A stretch of DNA of 32,000 nt from Bellilinea caldifistulae (GCF_001306055.1 NZ_LGHJ01000011.1:270001-302000), one strand, 5' to 3'. Numbered from the stretch's first letter, positions 11,848 to 19,174 are shown. Notes: generated from the sequence alone by a model not told the origin. Numbers and translations are program-made.

Positions 11848-12348
11848 TCAGGAGCGGGTGTGAACGCGGTACAGCGGAATACCGCGCCGCTCAAAGCGGT
11901 CAACCCCCATCACATGCAGACCGTTCAGGCGGGCATCGGTGGTGGCTACCGCCTGCAGCCACGGCCCGAGCGGGCGGCTGAGAATCAGGCTGAGCGTGAC
12001 CAGCACGGCCACCAGCGGCAGACGCTCCCAGCGGCTGCGGGCCGAATTGCCGCTGCCCAGCATGCCGAGGAAGGCCGCCAGAGCAGCGATCAGGCCACTG
12101 GCGGCAAAGTTGGTGCCGCAGTTGGGGTGGATGGCAAGGTGAGATTCGCCCTGGTTCAGGCGGGTTTCGGCTTGATAAATGGCTTCCTGCAAGTCGTCGA
12201 AATCCACTTTGCCGATGATCCAGAAACCGAGAGAATCGGAGTAACCGGCCAGACGCAGACGGGGATTCTTTTCGCCCAGAATTTGGAGGGTGGCATGTTC
12301 CAGGGCGTGATTGCGGCGAACGTTAGAGGGGAGGAATGGTATGGGCAT
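11848..12348 (-). CDS. Small conserved-looking membrane protein with HxxEH and HPxCG motifs; function unknown
   Basis: I prefer ATG 12348 (AGGTGA lies 7-12 nt upstream) over the track's GTG at 12357. The N-terminal soluble domain carries NHALEHAT (HxxEH) and SHLAIHPNCGTN. Two hydrophobic helices follow (AASGLIAALAAFLGMLG and LPLVAVLVTLSLIL). The stop lies 11 nt upstream of the holA start, on the same strand. Confidence 0.7.
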   Translation of the reverse strand: MPIPFLPSNVRRNHALEHATLQILGEKNPRLRLAGYSDSLGFWIIGKVDFDDLQEAIYQAETRLNQGESHLAIHPNCGTNFAASGLIAALAAFLGMLGSGNSARSRWERLPLVAVLVTLSLILSRPLGPWLQAVATTDARLNGLHVMGVDRFERRGIPLYRVHTRS

Positions 12349-12398
12349 GGGTTTCACCTGTAATGGTTTATTGTTATCGGAATTTAAAGAAGGTTATC

Positions 12399-12427
12399 AT
12401 TATATCTCTCGGTCACTGAGCTGTGAA
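12399..12427 (-). promoter_or_regulatory. Near-consensus sigma70-type promoter reading into the HxxEH-protein/holA operon
   Basis: The minus strand reads TTCACA (12427-12422), a 17-nt spacer, then TATAAT (12404-12399). The -35 lies inside the last codons of the endonuclease gene, and the -10 lies just after its stop (12413-12415). The ATG at 12348 is ~50 nt downstream. Confidence 0.4.
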
Positions 12428-13207
12428 AGCCGAAAATCTTTGATCAATCTCAGGGCGCAATTCTATGCCAACTTTCTCAAAAATTTCCAGTAATGCTTCA
12501 TAAGTTCCTTTTCCACCAAGAAAATCCCAAAATTCTTTTCCAACTTTTAATTCACGCTCCAGATCAAACATTCCTTGAAAAGTCCAACGATCATAAGGCT
12601 GAGGTTCATAGGGATTATATGGGATTCCAATCCCTGTAAAAATTTTAACATCACGATTTACTGATCCGCGAATGGCTACCCATTCTAATAATTTTCTTTT
12701 GAAGCCGATAATATCGTCCCTGTTTGGTTTGGCTGTTTTTAGATCAAAATAATATTCAGTGCCATCGTGTGATTCAAGGAATAAATCTATACGAGGGCGT
12801 CGGATTGTCTTGATCGTTCCAGTCTGGGCTACGTCAAGAATTTTTTTGATTTCTCTCGCTTTGTCAGGAGTTTCTCTTGCTGCCCGTAAATTGTCTATAA
12901 TCTCTTGAATAACAACTTGGGCATTTTCGCTAACCGTATTATCAAATTCTCTGTACTGATTGACAACGCGTCTAAAATTTGGTGAAGCAACAATAGCCGC
13001 TACTTGTTCAAAAACTGAGGTTCCTAAGGTTGTATTGAGGGATTGTATAAAAGAAAATAAGGCCATTCGGTCCTTACCAAGCAGGCGGACGTGGAATGGC
13101 ATTGATTGTGATTCTTGCGATTCTGACGAGTAATTACTCAACTTCCTTCTGATTTTTTGTTTGAGCAATTCTTCTATTTTGGTTTGTTGAGTAGCAGAAA
13201 ACGTCAT
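12413..13207 (-). CDS. Type II restriction endonuclease, TdeIII-like (assignment from memory of the family)
   Basis: ATG 13207 lies 3 nt after the methyltransferase stop. The sequence blocks MPFHVRLLGKDRMALFSFIQSLNTTLGTSVFEQVA, YYFDLKTAKPN, KLLEWVA and IPYNPYEPQPYDRW match my recollection of TdeIII-family enzymes. Its position next to a DNA methyltransferase supports an REase role. Confidence 0.7.
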   Translation of the reverse strand: MTFSATQQTKIEELLKQKIRRKLSNYSSESQESQSMPFHVRLLGKDRMALFSFIQSLNTTLGTSVFEQVAAIVASPNFRRVVNQYREFDNTVSENAQVVIQEIIDNLRAARETPDKAREIKKILDVAQTGTIKTIRRPRIDLFLESHDGTEYYFDLKTAKPNRDDIIGFKRKLLEWVAIRGSVNRDVKIFTGIGIPYNPYEPQPYDRWTFQGMFDLERELKVGKEFWDFLGGKGTYEALLEIFEKVGIELRPEIDQRFSAFTAQ

Positions 13208-13210
13208 TTT

Positions 13211-14626
13211 TCAAGCCTTCATCATGAAAAAGATTGTTTCTTGATAGGGATCATCACCCTGCTCTGTGCGTTTTGTGACAGCACGGTGGAATTCATCTAT
13301 AATTCGCAAACCGCTTCTTTTGGCGATTTCTGGGTAAAGATTAAACCGGTCATTGGCAACAACAAAAATTTTTGCATCTGATTTTAGGAGAGGTAATACA
13401 TTCCGGAAAACAGCAGCAATTCCCTCTATGTATTCAAATTGTGCCTGTTTCGACTTGCCTTTTTTCTTCGGCCCGATTTCCTGTTCATCCTGACGAGGAA
13501 AACCGAAGAGTTCGTAAGCGTAAATATGTTGATCGTGATAATCAATTTGCCCCACATAGGGGGGGGAAGTAAAGATACCGTCAATTGGACGACCTGCAAT
13601 CACTGTTGAGGCAAGTTCAGCCTTCAGGTCAACGGTTCTTGAGTCAGCTTGAATGATGTTAATACTCCTGTCTGAACGAATCTTATCAAATTCTGCTATA
13701 CGGCGTGCGGTATCTCGACTGTAAGCATGGATCTTTGTGATGCAGTTGTCTATTGGATAACAAAACCGATTATGTTTCCTACACCAGTATTTTTCCCCGA
13801 CAGGGAGCGGAACTTTGGGAGTAGCCAAATCGTAGTGAGGTACCAACCTGGATGAGCGAACCGCCCTGCTAAGTAGAACGCGTAACAAATCCTGATAATG
13901 ATAATTTGGAATCAAGTCCCGATAATAAAGCATTTCAATTAAAGCCCGAGGAGCAAACCATGTTTTGAGATATTCACTTTTACAATTTGCCAATAACCGG
14001 TTCTTAATATCCTCTATCGTGTCTAAAGGAAAGAGTGACCATTTGTTAATCTCAGAGCGATTCAGTTCGGCTGAAAAATTTGCTACTTTCTTTTCGATGT
14101 CCAGGATTTCGTAACTTGCTTTTGTAATATCATACTTTGCTGCTTTAACACGAGCAATCAAGCAATTGAACGGGGAAATGTCTATACCAATTGTGTGCAT
14201 TTTCATTTCATTGCCCTGGATCAATGTGGTCCCAGAGCCCATGAAAGGATCGAGAATAACATCATCCGGCTGAAAATAACGAGCCAGAAACCACTCTACA
14301 AGTTGTGGAATAAATTTACCCAAATAAGGATGAAGCCGATGAACATGTTTTGTTCTCTTATGCTCAGGAACATCATGAAAACCAAGTTCTGGGTGAAGCC
14401 CTGCATGGTGGTGCTTTTCAAGCCCTTGTTCTACAAGAGAGAGAAAAATCCTGATCTCTTTTAGAGAAACTCGTAGATGCCCATTGGTTGCACGCTCTAT
14501 CGGTTGGCCCAATTCGTTGTATTTTCGGATGCGACCGCGTTGAATATAATCTCGAATATTGTGAGGTGTCTTACCAACCAACTGAGCTGCTTCGTCTATT
14601 GTGACGAGTTCAAGGTCTTCCGACAT
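13211..14626 (-). CDS. DNA methyltransferase (N4-cytosine/N6-adenine amino-MTase, motif order I...IV) with an N-terminal helix-turn-helix domain
   Basis: ATG 14626 is preceded by GGAG ~10 nt upstream. The HTH reads VTIDEAAQLVGKTPHNIRDYIQRGRI. The AdoMet motif I is ILDPFMGSGTT. A ~230-aa variable region follows, then catalytic motif IV, IFTSPPYVGQIDY. Confidence 0.9.
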   Translation of the reverse strand: MSEDLELVTIDEAAQLVGKTPHNIRDYIQRGRIRKYNELGQPIERATNGHLRVSLKEIRIFLSLVEQGLEKHHHAGLHPELGFHDVPEHKRTKHVHRLHPYLGKFIPQLVEWFLARYFQPDDVILDPFMGSGTTLIQGNEMKMHTIGIDISPFNCLIARVKAAKYDITKASYEILDIEKKVANFSAELNRSEINKWSLFPLDTIEDIKNRLLANCKSEYLKTWFAPRALIEMLYYRDLIPNYHYQDLLRVLLSRAVRSSRLVPHYDLATPKVPLPVGEKYWCRKHNRFCYPIDNCITKIHAYSRDTARRIAEFDKIRSDRSINIIQADSRTVDLKAELASTVIAGRPIDGIFTSPPYVGQIDYHDQHIYAYELFGFPRQDEQEIGPKKKGKSKQAQFEYIEGIAAVFRNVLPLLKSDAKIFVVANDRFNLYPEIAKRSGLRIIDEFHRAVTKRTEQGDDPYQETIFFMMKA

Positions 14627-14650
14627 TTCCTGAATTCTCCGTCCAAAGTA

Positions 14651-14696
14651 TTCTTGAAAGAATTTTCATTGTCTATGTTAGAAGATAATTTTCTTC
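14651..14696. promoter_or_regulatory. Two imperfect palindromes sharing GAAGA/TCTTC half-sites upstream of the methyltransferase start (candidate operator)
   Basis: GAAGATAATTTTCTTC (14681-14696) pairs at 7 of 8 positions. TTCTTGAAAGAA (14651-14662) pairs at 5 of 6 positions. They lie 25-70 nt upstream of ATG 14626. Confidence 0.25.
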
Positions 14697-14786
14697 ACCC
14701 TCATTTATAACACGTTTGAAACGGCTTGCAGGTAAAATGATAGCAGAAAATGATGTTATCGGTTTTTTTGAGAGAGGCGGTGAGGG

Positions 14787-15752
14787 ATGATTGTCAAAAT
14801 CGGTACTTTTAACCTGAATAACCTGTTTTCTCGTTTCAACTTCAAGGGGCGTATTGAGGCCATTCTCGCTGGTGATACCGGCCTGAGTGTGACCTACACT
14901 TTTGACGATCCGCAGGATTACGCCATCCGCTCCTTCATGGGGCGACTGGTCAAGGGAAAGGATGAAGCCGCCACAACCCTGATCGCCCGCCGTATTCTGG
15001 AAATGGATGCGGATGTTCTGGCGGTGCAGGAAGTGGAAGACCTGCCGGCGTTGCAGCATTTCAACCGCGATTATCTGAGAAGTTTGTACCCCTATCAGGC
15101 TTTGGTGGAGGGCAACGACCCGCGCCTGATTGATGTGGGCGTTTTGAGCAAATTGCCCATCGGGGCGTTGACCTCGTGGCGGTTTGCCTCTCATCCCGAC
15201 GAACCCGATTCGCCCATCTTTAGCCGCGACCTGCTCGAAGTGGAAATTCTCGACCCTAAACGGCGCAGGCGATTGTTTACCCTCTTCAACACCCATCTCA
15301 AAAGCCAGTATCTTGCTCCGAACGAAAATCCGATCACCGGTAAGCAGCGAGCTGACCTGACCCGCCGCCGTCAGGCGGAAGTGACCGAGCGGATTCTCAT
15401 CGAGCGCACCCGCCCCAACGGTGCGTTTGCCCTGGTGGGGGATATGAATGACTCGCCCGAATCGGAGTGTCTGGCGCCGTTTGTGCAAAGCCGCGCCCTC
15501 GAACTGGTCAACGGGCTGAGTAACGCTCAGGAAACCCGCCCGCCGCGCCGCGATAACCCGTCGCCCGCCAGCCCGCTCTGGACTCACCGCTACAAAGCCA
15601 GCGGCCAGCCGGCCCGCTATGAGTTGTTCGATCAAATCTGGCTCAGCCAGAAACTGGCTCTGCGTCAGACGGCGGCGTGGATTGGCCGGCGGGAAAAACT
15701 GGGCGGGGATGGCAGCGACCACGACCCGGCCTGGGTGGTGCTGGATATTTGA
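14787..15752 (+). CDS. Endonuclease/exonuclease/phosphatase (EEP) family protein
   Basis: GGTGAGGG precedes ATG 14787. The EEP signature blocks are present: IGTFNLNNLF, DADVLAVQEVED, LFNTHLKS, ALVGDMNDS and the C-terminal GSDHDPAWVVLDI. Confidence 0.9.
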   Translation: MIVKIGTFNLNNLFSRFNFKGRIEAILAGDTGLSVTYTFDDPQDYAIRSFMGRLVKGKDEAATTLIARRILEMDADVLAVQEVEDLPALQHFNRDYLRSLYPYQALVEGNDPRLIDVGVLSKLPIGALTSWRFASHPDEPDSPIFSRDLLEVEILDPKRRRRLFTLFNTHLKSQYLAPNENPITGKQRADLTRRRQAEVTERILIERTRPNGAFALVGDMNDSPESECLAPFVQSRALELVNGLSNAQETRPPRRDNPSPASPLWTHRYKASGQPARYELFDQIWLSQKLALRQTAAWIGRREKLGGDGSDHDPAWVVLDI

Positions 15753-15767
15753 GGAATGGGAAGCGGC

Positions 15768-16433
15768 TCACCCCCGCAGCAAGTCGCCCAGTTGAGCAGT
15801 TGTTTCCAGAATGAAATCAGCCCCCGCGCGGCGCAGTTCGTTCTCTTTACCGAAGCCGCATAACACCCCCACAGTTTGAGCGCCGGCGGTCTTGCCGGCG
15901 CGGATGTCCACCACCGTATCACCTACCATCAGGCAATCCGATGCGGCAACGCCCATCTGTTCAGCTGCCCATAAGACCGGGTGGGGAAACGGTTTGGTGT
16001 GAGTGCAGGTGTGGGCTGTGGCAATTGCCCGAAAATGCCCGCGCAGGCCGAATTGATCAAGGAAGGCCAGCGTCGCCTTTTCGCCGCGGGCGCTGACCAC
16101 CGCCAGCGGGTAGTGTTCTTGCAGATCGGCCAGCAGCCTGTCAACTCCCTCGATGAGAGTGAAGCTCCCCCCTCTTTCGGCTTGATGGCGAAAGAGCCAG
16201 TCCACCAGCCGGGAGGCTTCATCATCCAGATGGAGGCGGTCGAGCATTCCATACACCCAGTTCGCCGGAGATTCCAGCCCCATGATCAACCAGCGGGCCA
16301 GGCGTGAGGCGCGCTGTCGTGCGAGGGGACGCAGCCAGCCCGCCAAATGCGCCGCCCAGCGGTCATCCGTGTCGCTGAGTGTGCCGTCCACATCGAAGCA
16401 AATTGCCCGAATTCGCGCCAAATCGAGGGGCAT
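15768..16433 (-). CDS. HAD-superfamily hydrolase (phosphoglycolate-phosphatase-like)
   Basis: I reset the start to ATG 16433, 2 nt after the upstream gene's stop. HAD motif I is ICFDVDGTLSDT, motif II is AVVSARG, the Lys region is HTKPFP, and motif IV is VGDTVVDI. The track's 39-aa N-terminal extension overlaps the upstream gene. Confidence 0.85.
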   Translation of the reverse strand: MPLDLARIRAICFDVDGTLSDTDDRWAAHLAGWLRPLARQRASRLARWLIMGLESPANWVYGMLDRLHLDDEASRLVDWLFRHQAERGGSFTLIEGVDRLLADLQEHYPLAVVSARGEKATLAFLDQFGLRGHFRAIATAHTCTHTKPFPHPVLWAAEQMGVAASDCLMVGDTVVDIRAGKTAGAQTVGVLCGFGKENELRRAGADFILETTAQLGDLLRG

Positions 16434-16435
16434 GT

Positions 16436-17878
16436 TTACCAACCAGCCGGTTTGAGCAGGGATAAATCGGCTTCGCGCGGGACGATCAGCCACAGGGTCT
16501 GGTTGCCGCGCTGCTGGAAGAAGACCACCCCATCGGCGGTTTCCTGCCACAACCAGCCGCGTTCCAGGTCTTGCTGGTCAGCTTCGCCCCAGCGCAGGCG
16601 GGCGTAAGCCGTAAAGGCTTGCCGAAATTCACCCGCATCCCGCTCGCTCTCCCATTCGGTAAGCAATCCCATCACCGGCTGATTGGCAGTTTCATCCCAA
16701 AAAACGGCGTAGGCATCCCCCTCCCAGCCGGCTGCCGCCTGACGGGCCAGTTCGTCGGCAATCCGCCAGTTTTCTTGAAGGCCGTGTGCCAGAATCAGGT
16801 AGGTGTACCATTCACCCATGACGCCGCGGTCAAGCTCTTCCACCGGGCGGTTAAGCAGGGTTTCCACTGGCGGCAGACTGACGGTAACCGGGCGGTCGTC
16901 CGGGTACTTTTCGGGGTGCAGAATCATCTCGGTGGAAACCGGCGGGTTGGCAAAGGCGGCGTCAATGGCCGGATAGCCGTTCTTCTGAAAGAGGGTCAGG
17001 ACGAAGTCCACCCCTTCGCGGTAGGGAAAGGCAAAATCCTCACGCAGGAAAGAGGGGGCGGCGTCCAGCACTGGACTGGAATAACTGGCGTAAAAGGCTT
17101 CAATATCCCGCCGGTCTTGGGCCGTGCCGTGCTGGTAAAGCCAGTACTGTTCGGTCAGGCTGGCATCGCCTTCAATCAGCGCCTGCACGGCGGCGCAGTA
17201 CTCGCTGTCTTCCTTGCAGTAATCGGGGTTGACTTTCAACCCTTCCCGCAGGTTGTAATGCTGATCTTGCAAGGCATGGGTAAATTCATGTGCATAGGTA
17301 GAACGTTCCATGCCACCGAACGTACCCCCCTGCACCACATACATCTCCTTGGTTTCGCTGTCGTAAAAACCGGCTACCTGTTCGCTGTACAGGTCAAGGT
17401 ACAAAGAGTAGAGATCATAATCGCTGTTGAGCAAACCAAACACCGACAGTACCTGCGCATCTTGTCTGGCTTCTTCCGCCGAGTAATCTTTGAGGAAGTT
17501 TTCTTCTACGTGCTGACGCAGCTCTTCGGCGTTCATCAGGCGGCGCTGAACCGGTTGCAGCAATGCCAAACCCCGCAACGCGGCAACTTGCCGTTCAATC
17601 TCTTCCATCTGCCTCAAGATGGCTGCATCCTCCGCGGAAATCGGGCGGGTGGGCGAGGGTGAAGGGGCAACCTCGGTTGTGTCGGACGGCGTAGGGGTTG
17701 AAACGGGAGTAGCCAGCAGCGGGGAAACCGCTACGGTTGAAGCAAGGCTGAGCGGTGTGGGGGAGGGCCGGAGGGTGTTTTGCCACAGGACGCCGGCGGT
17801 GATGCACACCACCGTCAGACTGCCCAGACAGAACAACACCAGCAGGATCACAATGGAAGCAGGAATACGACTGTTCAT
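16436..17878 (-). CDS. Membrane-anchored HExxH zinc-metallopeptidase-like protein (MA-clan, gluzincin-type)
   Basis: ATG 17878 is preceded by AAGGTG, which overlaps the upstream stop. There is an N-terminal signal-anchor (IPASIVILLVLFCLGSLTVVCITAGVL) and a Pro/Thr/Ser-rich stalk. The catalytic-looking motif is YAHEFTHALQDQH, with a downstream ALIEGDASL (EGxA third-ligand-type motif). Confidence 0.75.
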   Translation of the reverse strand: MNSRIPASIVILLVLFCLGSLTVVCITAGVLWQNTLRPSPTPLSLASTVAVSPLLATPVSTPTPSDTTEVAPSPSPTRPISAEDAAILRQMEEIERQVAALRGLALLQPVQRRLMNAEELRQHVEENFLKDYSAEEARQDAQVLSVFGLLNSDYDLYSLYLDLYSEQVAGFYDSETKEMYVVQGGTFGGMERSTYAHEFTHALQDQHYNLREGLKVNPDYCKEDSEYCAAVQALIEGDASLTEQYWLYQHGTAQDRRDIEAFYASYSSPVLDAAPSFLREDFAFPYREGVDFVLTLFQKNGYPAIDAAFANPPVSTEMILHPEKYPDDRPVTVSLPPVETLLNRPVEELDRGVMGEWYTYLILAHGLQENWRIADELARQAAAGWEGDAYAVFWDETANQPVMGLLTEWESERDAGEFRQAFTAYARLRWGEADQQDLERGWLWQETADGVVFFQQRGNQTLWLIVPREADLSLLKPAGW

Positions 17879-17886
17879 AGGACACC

Positions 17887-19167
17887 TTAGTTTTGGTTGA
17901 CAAAATTGAGCGCGTACTGGGCATCAAAGTAGCCGGGGCGGGCTTCCAGGGCTTTTTGAAAGCTTTCGATGGCCTTTTGGCGGTTACCCAGACGGTATTG
18001 CGCCCAGCCGTGCCACAACAGGGCTTCTTCGGAGTTGGGGGTGATTTTGAGGGCGTACTCGGTCAGCGCCAGCAGGTCGGCATCCCGTCCGGTGTTGAAG
18101 TAGGCAAAAAACGGCCCGAACTGATAGCGTAACATGCGCTGCGGCAGTCCGGCGGCGCGGGCGCGGTCGTAGGCCTGAGCCGCCTCGGCGTAGGATTCGA
18201 AATACACCAGATTGCTGCCCAGATTGAACCACGCAAAACCGTTATTCGGGTCTTGCTCGGTTTCGCGGCGGGCCGTTTCCAGGGCATTTTTGCGGTTTTG
18301 AGCAATGTCCCAGTCCTCGCCCAACAGGTTTTTGACCATTTCCTCCTGTTCGGGAAGGAAAGCAAAGAAGTACACGCGGTTGAAGGATTGCCAGTTCCTG
18401 TCCAGTTCGGCGTAGGGAATGCGCTTATTCGGGCCGTAAAACGAATCCTGGCCGGTAAACGTTTGCGTGGCATCGTCGTAGCCGCTAACCAGCAGGTAAT
18501 GACCGGCCCAACGGTCATCGTTCGGCCAGTAGTATTCCTCGAAGTAGAAACTTTCCTCAATTACCACCGGCAAGCCGGCGGCGATGAAGCCTTTGAGCAG
18601 TTCTACCGTCCCGCCGACGCGGAATTCACTGCGCAGCCAGCCGGCGTAATTGCGGGTGTAGTAAAGCAGCTCTTCGATGTTCACGTTGCGGTCTTGAGGA
18701 ATGGGTTTGATGACATCCGAGATAGTGAATTGGTCACCTTTCCAGCCAAAAAAGTTGAGGAACATGGAGAGAGTGGCCGGGCCGCAGTTGTTGATATCCT
18801 GCTTCTCCCAAGGCGGGGCGGGCAGCTGCACCTGTGCCGGAATGGGGGTGGGGGTCGGGCTGGGGGTAGGAGAAAGCAGCGGCGTGGGGGTGGCGGTTGC
18901 CGGTGTTGCCGCCGGGGCAGTCGGGCTGGGGGTCAAGGTAGATTGCTCCAGCGCACCGGCCTGGACGGGCAGCGCCGTGGGCATGGCCTGTATCGGCTGA
19001 AAGATACCTCGAAGGTAGGTGCGGGCAATTTCCACCCGCCAGGCAATGCGGGAGTGAAACGGCGAAAGCGGGCTGACCAGCCAGCCAATCAGCAGTAGAG
19101 CGCCTGCAATTACCAGCCAGAAAGGCAGCCTGGAGCGTTTTTGATAGGGGATTTTTCGATAACGCAT
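17887..19167 (-). CDS. Membrane-anchored peptidase C39-like (papain-fold) domain protein with C-terminal TPR repeats
   Basis: I reset the start to ATG 19167 (MRYRKIPYQKRSRLPFWLVIAGALLLIGWL, a basic N-terminus plus anchor helix). The track start at 19281 is a TTG in AT-rich intergenic DNA. The PT-rich stalk reads TPSPTAPAATPATATPTPLLSPTPSPTPTPIP. The C39-like Cys block is QDINNCGPATLSMFLNFFGW and the His block is WAGHYLLVSGYDD. TPR-like repeats lie at the C-terminus (AEAAQAYDRA..., ALLWHGWAQYRLGNRQKAIESFQKALEARP). Confidence 0.8.
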   Translation of the reverse strand: MRYRKIPYQKRSRLPFWLVIAGALLLIGWLVSPLSPFHSRIAWRVEIARTYLRGIFQPIQAMPTALPVQAGALEQSTLTPSPTAPAATPATATPTPLLSPTPSPTPTPIPAQVQLPAPPWEKQDINNCGPATLSMFLNFFGWKGDQFTISDVIKPIPQDRNVNIEELLYYTRNYAGWLRSEFRVGGTVELLKGFIAAGLPVVIEESFYFEEYYWPNDDRWAGHYLLVSGYDDATQTFTGQDSFYGPNKRIPYAELDRNWQSFNRVYFFAFLPEQEEMVKNLLGEDWDIAQNRKNALETARRETEQDPNNGFAWFNLGSNLVYFESYAEAAQAYDRARAAGLPQRMLRYQFGPFFAYFNTGRDADLLALTEYALKITPNSEEALLWHGWAQYRLGNRQKAIESFQKALEARPGYFDAQYALNFVNQN

Positions 19168-19174
19168 GCACTTG

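Larger units (their letters stand above)
12358..14786. other. AT-rich genomic islet carrying a type II restriction-modification pair (probable horizontal acquisition)
   Basis: Hand counts of 60-nt lines inside the islet (e.g. lines starting 12601 and 14041) give about 33-35% G+C. Sampled flanking lines give 53-70%. The boundaries coincide with the two intergenic regions. I found no integrase, transposase or obvious flanking direct repeat. Confidence 0.6.

Noticed and set aside
14673-15722. 349-aa ORF antisense to the EEP gene
   Set aside because: It overlaps the whole EEP gene, whose catalytic blocks are clear. It would start in the AT-rich intergenic region without a credible RBS, and its product has no motifs.
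14787-15752. EEP nuclease/phosphatase as a third component of the R-M islet or a defence gene
   Set aside because: Its G+C and codon style match the native flanks, not the AT-rich islet. It is divergently transcribed, and nothing in the sequence ties it functionally to the R-M pair. Adjacency alone is weak evidence.
16571-17662. 363-aa ORF antisense to the HExxH peptidase-like gene
   Set aside because: The same reasoning applies. It mirrors a gene that has an anchor helix, a stalk and an HExxH motif, and its product has no features.
18838-18939. Short direct repeats (GTCGGGCTGGGGGT at ~18853 and ~18921) as a tandem repeat or CRISPR-like element
   Set aside because: They lie inside the coding PT-rich stalk of the C39-TPR gene and simply encode the repeated PTPSP peptide. 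They have no spacer/repeat architecture.
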